Positions 63,765 to 64,000 of a DNA stretch of 64,000 nt are shown here, piece by piece. Location: positions 52,791 to 116,790 of the forward strand of contig JAUCBJ010004851.1 of assembly GCA_032718475.1 (NCBI GenBank), in the 5' to 3' direction. Origin of the DNA: Nemertoderma westbladi (Eukaryota; Animalia; Xenacoelomorpha). The notes beneath the pieces were generated by a model, which searched no databases, was not told the origin of the DNA, and was given only the letters and a program-made list of their open reading frames with translations. The position numbers were made by a program, and so were the translations under genes. How positions within the stretch are numbered: position 1 is the stretch's first letter; each line of letters begins with the position of its first letter.

Positions 63765-64000
63765 CCATTGTATTCACATTACATTGATAGATTGGTCTGT
63801 GTAAGTGCCGCTCAACTAGTTGGAGTGCTCTGGTGTAATGGTTCTCTACGTGGGTGTATCTCTAGGTAGACGTCAGCATTGAAGGCTTCAAGTCTCCCTC
63901 ACATTCAGGCGTCATGTCTCCCCACATGGGTTTTTTTGATATTAATTGATATAATTTCAAAATGGCTGAACCAAAACTGGAAAACAATATATGGCAGTAT

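Overview
AT-rich, transposon-dense eukaryotic (invertebrate-like) DNA. It holds two host-type genes: an 18-finger C2H2 zinc-finger gene (28553-30571, -) and an intronless EEF2KMT/FAM86-type methyltransferase (44786-45913, +), plus two pseudogene fragments of the latter. Two diverged copies of one unusual BEL/Pao LTR retrotransposon family dominate the window. Copy 1 is on the - strand (about 4738-27157). Copy 2 is on the + strand (50223-63764, CCATT target-site duplication, internally deleted). The family has no tRNA primer-binding site. Instead, the 11-14 nt directly after the 5' LTR are perfectly complementary to a motif inside the LTR, and the two partners co-vary between the copies, which points to Tf1-like self-priming. 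The family also carries a second, decayed ORF of about 1400 codons in the env position, with a WRN/EXD-like DEDDy 3'-5' exonuclease, CCHC zinc knuckles and a basic tail. A Transib-like insertion in pol has RSS-like ends with 12- and 23-nt spacers. Other content: Gypsy, RTE and RLE-type LINE elements, an EnSpm/CACTA remnant, hAT, Tc1-like, Kolobok-like and Helentron-like non-autonomous elements, and satellites. All calls come from motif reading by eye; no database searches were run.
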